A program made the translations under genes and the position numbers. Shown here in pieces: positions 36,980 to 41,096 of a stretch of 41,096 nt of DNA. The stretch lies in NCBI GenBank assembly GCA_044336925.1, contig JBIIOM010000002.1, positions 1-41,096 of the forward strand, in the 5' to 3' direction. Below the pieces are notes generated by a model. That model saw nothing but the letters and a program-made list of their open reading frames with translations. It was not told the origin of the DNA and searched no databases. Source of the stretch: Pirellulales bacterium (GTDB lineage: Bacteria; Planctomycetota; Planctomycetia; Pirellulales; UBA1268). Every line of letters starts with the position of its first letter. Positions within the stretch are counted from its first letter, which is position 1.

Positions 36980-37074
36980 AAAAAGGTGTCAGGACTCTTT
37001 TCCGTTCTCAACTCGTTGGGAAACGGACCCGCTCAGACCGGAAAAGGACCGAAAAAGAGTCCTGACACCTTTTT
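36980..37074 (-). mobile_element. MITE-like element, family B, copy 1 (95 bp, inverted repeats AAAAAGGTGTCAGGACTCTTTT)
   Basis: It has perfect ~22-bp terminal inverted repeats. Its core is the reverse complement of the core of 37340..37425 (CCGGTC..AGCGGGTC.GTT). Confidence 0.75.
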
Positions 37075-37082
37075 GTCGCCGA

Positions 37083-37319
37083 TCACCGCGGCGTCGCGTT
37101 GCCCCGCGAATGGCGGCGACGGATCGTGTTGCCGTAGACGTGGAGCGGTCGGTTGGGCCGCTGCTCGATCGGTTTGCTTTTGATTTGGTCCCGTGCTTCG
37201 CCGACCGCGATGATCCGCGGGTCGAAGCCGCTCTGAGCCGCTTCGGCGACGGGCAGTGCCGCTTCGATCGGCAGGCTGAAGATGGTGAGGGTGAGCAGCA
37301 GAGTTTTCGTGACGCGCAT
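37083..37319 (-). CDS. Small exported hypothetical protein (78 aa)
   Basis: Strong GGAGGAG Shine-Dalgarno and signal-peptide-like MRVTKTLLLTLTIFSLPIEA. It is bracketed by two family B elements. Confidence 0.5.
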   Translation of the reverse strand: MRVTKTLLLTLTIFSLPIEAALPVAEAAQSGFDPRIIAVGEARDQIKSKPIEQRPNRPLHVYGNTIRRRHSRGNATPR

Positions 37320-37339
37320 CGTTCCTTTCTCCTCCGTGG

Positions 37340-37425
37340 AAAAAAGGTGTCAGGACTCTTTTCCGGTCAAAGCGGGTCGGTTCGCGAAAAAGGTGGACCG
37401 GAAAAGAGTCCTGACACCTTTTTTT
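37340..37425 (+). mobile_element. MITE-like element, family B, copy 2 (86 bp)
   Basis: It has the same terminal inverted repeats as copy 1 and sits in inverted orientation relative to it. Confidence 0.75.
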
Positions 37426-37667
37426 CAATCGGGCGGTCGGTGGCGGAATGTTTGCCGACAAGCCGATCACGCTTCGGATTGTCATATCCCGCACGCACGG
37501 AACCGCGGTAACGGCGACGGCGCGACGAGCCACCCCCTCGGCGTGGTGGTCTTTGGCCGCATTCTCCGCACGACCCGATGGCTGCACGAATCGCAGCCGA
37601 CCCGTATGCTGACGGCTCAGCCCGGGCGACAGGTTTCGGGCCCGACAGGTTTTTCAACGAGGTTCAC

Positions 37668-38558
37668 ATGAGTCGGCTCGTCGGCGGCATGATCATCGCG
37701 GCGGTCTTCGGTCTGGCGTGCAGCGGGGGCCGTGCTGCCGAGGGAGACGCGGCGGTGCGGGAGGCGGTGGTGAAGGCGTCGGCGGACTACGCGGCCGCCT
37801 ATAACAAGCGCGACTATGCCGCGCTCGCCGACCAGTGGGTGGAACGGGCCGAACTCGTCGAAGGAGGTTCTCGCGTGGCCGGTCGCGACGCGATTCTTGC
37901 CTCGATCCGCGGCTGGCTCGATCGCCACACGCAGGCTGCGATTCAGATCAAGGTGACCGACGTCGAGTTCGTGGCCGGATCGCTCGCCCGCGTGCGGGGC
38001 GTGATCGCATTCACCCGCAAGCCCGGCGAGAAGCCGGTGGAATCACGGTTCGAGAGTCTGCGGGCGCTGGAGCAGGGGGCGTGGCGCATCGTCGAGTCGA
38101 ACGTGGCGCGGAGCCATGCCGCGGCGCTCGACGACATGCAGTGGCTCGTCGGCGCCTGGCAGGCGACCGACGCCAAGGCCGGCACGACGATCGACGCCGT
38201 CTATGAGAAGGCGATCGACGGCCGGGCGATCATCGGCCGTGTGAAACTCGCGCCAAAGGCCGGCAAGCCGGTCGAGGCAATCGAGATCATCCACGCCGAC
38301 CGCGGCGACGGCGTCATCCGCACGGCGGTCTACGATTCGACCGGTGCCCACGCCGAGGGCGTGATCGAATCGGACGGCACGTCGCTCAACCGCAGCCTCG
38401 TGGGCGTGCCGGGCGAGAGTGCGCGCGGCAGCCGCGCGCAGTGGGTGCAGACGATCGTGCCCGGTGGCGATGGACGCTTCACGATGCAGTCGATCGAGCG
38501 TTCGCTCGACGGCCGCCCGCTCCCCGACGGCCAGCCGATGCACTTCCGCAAAAAGTAG
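37668..38558 (+). CDS. Exported two-domain protein with N-terminal SnoaL/NTF2-like (DUF4440-type) domain
   Basis: Signal peptide, then YAAAYNKRDYAALADQWVERAELV..., typical of NTF2-like domains. GAGG lies upstream of the ATG at 37668. Its TAG stop lies inside a GTAG REP head. Confidence 0.6.
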   Translation: MSRLVGGMIIAAVFGLACSGGRAAEGDAAVREAVVKASADYAAAYNKRDYAALADQWVERAELVEGGSRVAGRDAILASIRGWLDRHTQAAIQIKVTDVEFVAGSLARVRGVIAFTRKPGEKPVESRFESLRALEQGAWRIVESNVARSHAAALDDMQWLVGAWQATDAKAGTTIDAVYEKAIDGRAIIGRVKLAPKAGKPVEAIEIIHADRGDGVIRTAVYDSTGAHAEGVIESDGTSLNRSLVGVPGESARGSRAQWVQTIVPGGDGRFTMQSIERSLDGRPLPDGQPMHFRKK

Positions 38559-38576
38559 GACAGGCTTCAGCCTGTC
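38555..38576 (+). repeat. Single REP unit, type D variant (GTAGGACAGGCTTCAGCCTGTC)
   Basis: GTAG head plus an 8-bp palindromic stem. It is probably a terminator hairpin. Confidence 0.75.
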
Positions 38577-38615
38577 ACTCCAAAACAAACCATCCCCAAA
38601 ACCGCAGGGCCTACC

Positions 38616-39872
38616 ATGCCAAACTCCTCCATCATCCGCCGGTCGGTTTCGTCGGCATTCATCCTGGTCTTCGCCCTCGCCGCATCGCTCGCGCATGCCC
38701 ACGGCGGCGGTGGCGGCCACATGGGCGGCATGGGAGGCGGCGGCCACATGGGCGGCTACGGCGGCCCGCACATGGGCGGCGGCGGCTTTGACGGCGGTGC
38801 GCGTGGTTTCGACGGCGGGACCCGTGGCTTTGATGGCGGCGCCAGGGACTTCGACGGCGGGGCACGCGGTTTCGACGGCGGCGCGCGTGGCCTCGACGGC
38901 GGCCGCTCGCTCGATGGGACGCGCGAGTTCGGCGGCCTCGACGGCGCCGCCGGCCACTTCGCGGGCGACCACAACATCGCGCGGGGCGACTTCTCGAAGG
39001 CCGACTTCCAGCGGATCGCCAATCAGGGGATCGCACGGGATGGACTCGGCCGGGGCGCCGTACGGCCCTACTCGATCGACAACCTCGCCAATCGCGGCGA
39101 CGCGATCCGCAACAACTTCTATCACGGCGGCTGGTACGGCGGCCGGGGCTGGTATGGCGACCACTTCAATGCCTGGTGGCCGGGCGGTTGGTGGGGCGGC
39201 TTCGGCTGGGGCATGATGGCCGGCCTGGCGTGGAGCGATCTCGTGGGCTGGGGCGGCTATGGCATGGCGCCGATGGCTTACAACTACGGCACCAACGTCG
39301 TCTATGAAGATGACGGCGTGTATGTACAGGGCAGCCGCGTGGGCTCCGCCGAGGAATACGCCCAGCAGGCGACGACGCTCGCGGGCCAGGGGGCGACCGC
39401 ACCGGTGGCGAAAGACGACCAGTGGCGGCCGCTGGGCGTGTTTGCGCTGGCCCGCAAGGAGGAGACGACGCCGAGCACGTTCCTGAGCCTCGCGATCGAC
39501 AAGGCGGGCCTGCTCCGCGGCACCTACTACGACGCGGTCTCCGACTCCACGCAAAACGTCTCGGGCAAGGTCGACAAGAAGACGCAGCGGGCGGCCTGGA
39601 CGATCGGCGACAAGAAGACGCCGGTCTACGAGGCCGGCCTCTCCAACCTCACGCAGCAGCAGACGACGATCCTCGTGCACCGCGATGGCGGCAAGGTGGA
39701 GCAGATGCTGCTCGTGCGTGTGCAGGACCCGAAGGGGGGCGCTGGCGCCGCCCAGGCGAAGCCGCGGCAGAATGTCGATGTCGATCGCGACCCCGACGTG
39801 GGCGATTCCGACGGTCCCGATCGCGACGAGGTCGATGCCGGTGTCTCCCAGCAGACCGGGAGCGCCGGATGA
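38616..39872 (+). CDS. Exported Gly/His/Met-rich tandem-repeat protein with a conserved-looking C-terminal domain of unknown function
   Basis: Signal peptide, then HAHGGGGGHMGGMGGGGHMGGYGGPHMGGGG, about six FDGGARG heptads, a Trp/Gly-rich segment and a globular C-terminal half. The stop overlaps the next ATG (ATGA). Confidence 0.7.
   Translation: MPNSSIIRRSVSSAFILVFALAASLAHAHGGGGGHMGGMGGGGHMGGYGGPHMGGGGFDGGARGFDGGTRGFDGGARDFDGGARGFDGGARGLDGGRSLDGTREFGGLDGAAGHFAGDHNIARGDFSKADFQRIANQGIARDGLGRGAVRPYSIDNLANRGDAIRNNFYHGGWYGGRGWYGDHFNAWWPGGWWGGFGWGMMAGLAWSDLVGWGGYGMAPMAYNYGTNVVYEDDGVYVQGSRVGSAEEYAQQATTLAGQGATAPVAKDDQWRPLGVFALARKEETTPSTFLSLAIDKAGLLRGTYYDAVSDSTQNVSGKVDKKTQRAAWTIGDKKTPVYEAGLSNLTQQQTTILVHRDGGKVEQMLLVRVQDPKGGAGAAQAKPRQNVDVDRDPDVGDSDGPDRDEVDAGVSQQTGSAG
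38787..38912 (+). repeat. In-frame 21-bp tandem repeat (about six units, TTYGACGGCGGNGCGCGTGGT) encoding FDGGARG heptads
   Basis: Units were read consecutively from 38787. The last unit is degenerate. Confidence 0.85.
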
Positions 39873-40687
39873 TCCCGCGGCGCGTCGTCGCCGCCTGTTG
39901 CATCCTGGCCGGGCTGGGGGTGGCGTCGTCGGCGGCGCAGGAGCGAAAGAGCGATGAAGCGCTCGCGGCCGCGCGCTGGATCGACCTCACGCATCCGTTC
40001 GACGCAGCCACGATCTACTGGCCCACCGAGCGAGGCTTTCAATTCGAGGCCGGCGCCAACGGCCCGACCGCGAAGGGCTACTATTACGCGGCCAACCGCT
40101 TCACGACGGCCGAGCACGGCGGCACGCACCTCGATGCACCGCGGCATTTTTCGGCGACGGGGCAGACGAGCGATGCCATTCCCGTCGAGCGGCTCGTCGG
40201 CGAGGCGGTCGTGGTCGACGTGACGAAGGCCTGCGCCGCGGATGCGGTCTACGAGATCACGGCCGACGATCTCGTCGCGTGGGAATCGGCGCACGGCCGC
40301 CAGTTGGTGGACGTGATCGTGCTCCTGCGCACCGGATGGGCCGCGAAGTGGGGCGATCGTGAGGCTTATCTCGGCACCGTCGCCACCGGGCCTGCCGCCG
40401 TCTCCCAGCTGCGTTTTCCCGGGCTCGCGTCGGCGGCGGCGAAGTGGCTCGTGGAGCATCGACGGATCAAGGCGATCGGGATCGACACCGCGAGCATCGA
40501 CCACGGCCCGTCGACGCATTTTGGCGCGCACGTCGCGCTCTGTGGCGGCAACGTGCCGATCTTCGAAAACGTCGCGGGGCTCGCCACGCTGCCGGAGCAG
40601 GGAGCCTTCGTGGCGGCGCTGCCGATGAAGATCGCCGGCGGCAGTGGCGGTCCGCTGCGGATCGTCGCGCGGCTGCCGGTCGAGTAG
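39869..40687 (+). CDS. Cyclase family protein (kynurenine formamidase-like) with N-terminal signal peptide
   Basis: HGGTHLDAPRH metal-binding motif and N-terminal MIPRRVVAACCILAGLGVASSAAQE. 272 aa. Confidence 0.8.
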   Translation: MIPRRVVAACCILAGLGVASSAAQERKSDEALAAARWIDLTHPFDAATIYWPTERGFQFEAGANGPTAKGYYYAANRFTTAEHGGTHLDAPRHFSATGQTSDAIPVERLVGEAVVVDVTKACAADAVYEITADDLVAWESAHGRQLVDVIVLLRTGWAAKWGDREAYLGTVATGPAAVSQLRFPGLASAAAKWLVEHRRIKAIGIDTASIDHGPSTHFGAHVALCGGNVPIFENVAGLATLPEQGAFVAALPMKIAGGSGGPLRIVARLPVE

Positions 40688-40723
40688 GATACGAACCTAT
40701 TCCCTCGAGAAAGGATCGAACAG

Positions 40724-41096
40724 ATGGCCGGCAAGAAGATCATCATGCGGACGGGCGAGGCGCTGGCGGAGGCCGACGAGGCCTGGAGCGCGGCGGAGCC
40801 GGAGGTCGTGATCGGCGAACTCGACGGCCCGGTGGGCTATGCCATCGCGAACCTGATCGGCGACCAGGTGAAGGGGCACACCCGTGTCTGGGCGATTTTG
40901 AACAGCGACGTGCAGGTGCGGCCCGCCACGCTGATGGTGAGCAAATACACCGCCCCCAACGCCCGCTACACCAACATCCTCATGGGCACCGTGCAGGCGG
41001 CGGTGGCGAATGCCGTGCTCGACAGCGTGCGCGAGGGGCATATCCCGAAGAACAAGGTCAACGACATCGGGATCGTCGTGGCCGTCTGGCTCGATC
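40724..41096 (+). CDS. fae: Formaldehyde-activating enzyme (Fae) family protein, N-terminal part (3' end outside the window)
   Basis: My own translation is MAGKKIIMRTGEALAEADEAWSAAEPEVVIGELDGPVGYAIANLIG...RPATLMVSKYT...GTVQAAVANAVLDSVREGHIP. It is collinear with Fae as I remember it (..VGEALVG.. HIDLIIGPRGSP.. KPNTLMFNKVT.. GPAQHGVAMAVQDAV..G.IP). It is absent from the ORF track because it is open-ended. Confidence 0.7.
   Translation, partial: MAGKKIIMRTGEALAEADEAWSAAEPEVVIGELDGPVGYAIANLIGDQVKGHTRVWAILNSDVQVRPATLMVSKYTAPNARYTNILMGTVQAAVANAVLDSVREGHIPKNKVNDIGIVVAVWLD

Noticed and set aside
37627-37652. Direct repeat CGACAGGTTT x2 (37627..37636 and 37643..37652) just upstream of the NTF2-like gene, as a possible regulator binding site.
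   Set aside because: There are only two 10-bp copies with no supporting context or recognisable promoter elements. This could be chance in a 240-bp leader.
40697-41041. 114-aa minus-strand ORF listed in the track.
   Set aside because: It is antisense to an open-ended plus-strand frame with a convincing Fae-like translation and ribosome-binding site.

Overview
This is a high-G+C bacterial chromosomal window. Gene content suggests Planctomycetota or a relative: an exported arylsulfatase, a PmoA-like/DUF6807 + Gfo/Idh/MocA + xylose-isomerase-like TIM trio, and a formaldehyde-activating enzyme at the right edge. That lineage call is inference only.

Gene content, left to right:
- dapA-like aldolase (partial), Gfo/Idh/MocA oxidoreductase, CPXCG zinc-ribbon protein, crcB, and an AAA+/DUF4143 ATPase.
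- A long family-4 glycosyltransferase, a PmoA-like exported protein and a TIM-barrel sugar isomerase.
- A complete [NiFe]-hydrogenase maturation set: hypF; hypA-hypB; then a candidate Ni transporter, the endopeptidase, hypC, hypD, a MazF-type toxin-antitoxin (TA) pair and hypE.
- An acyl/acetyl-CoA synthetase-like ligase + 2-oxoacid dehydrogenase E1alpha/E1beta/E2 + acyl carrier protein operon.
- A long-form isocitrate dehydrogenase, then a BrnT/BrnA-like TA cassette.
- A four-subunit group-3b-type [NiFe]-hydrogenase operon (beta-gamma-delta-alpha).
- A glutaredoxin-CcdA/DsbD-like membrane fusion, a D-2-hydroxyacid dehydrogenase and an emfourin-like small protein.
- A LuxR regulator with a degenerate receiver domain, translationally adjacent to an arylsulfatase; then an AraC regulator, a VOC protein and a SprT-like protein.
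- A run of exported proteins, including a Gly/His/Met-rich tandem-repeat protein coupled to a cyclase-family protein, and fae (partial).

No rRNA, tRNA or CRISPR array was recognised.

The most striking non-coding signal is a very high density of short interspersed repeats, about 20 copies in 41 kb, in four families:
- REP/REPIN-like palindromes headed by GTAG (two sequence types). These repeatedly supply the TAG stop codon of the upstream gene.
- A roughly 110-bp MITE-like element with 23-bp terminal inverted repeats. Copies sit inside the hydrogenase and 2-oxoacid dehydrogenase operons.
- An AAAAAGGTGTCAGGACTCTTTT inverted-repeat element that brackets two small ORFs.

Two TA modules sit directly against hydrogenase genes. 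One is inside the hyp operon. The other is AT-richer and flanked by 30-bp direct repeats.

I see no single obvious novel system. The best candidates for follow-up are the ligase-PDH-ACP operon, the repeat/stop-codon relationship, the repeat-bracketed small ORFs and the TA insertions.
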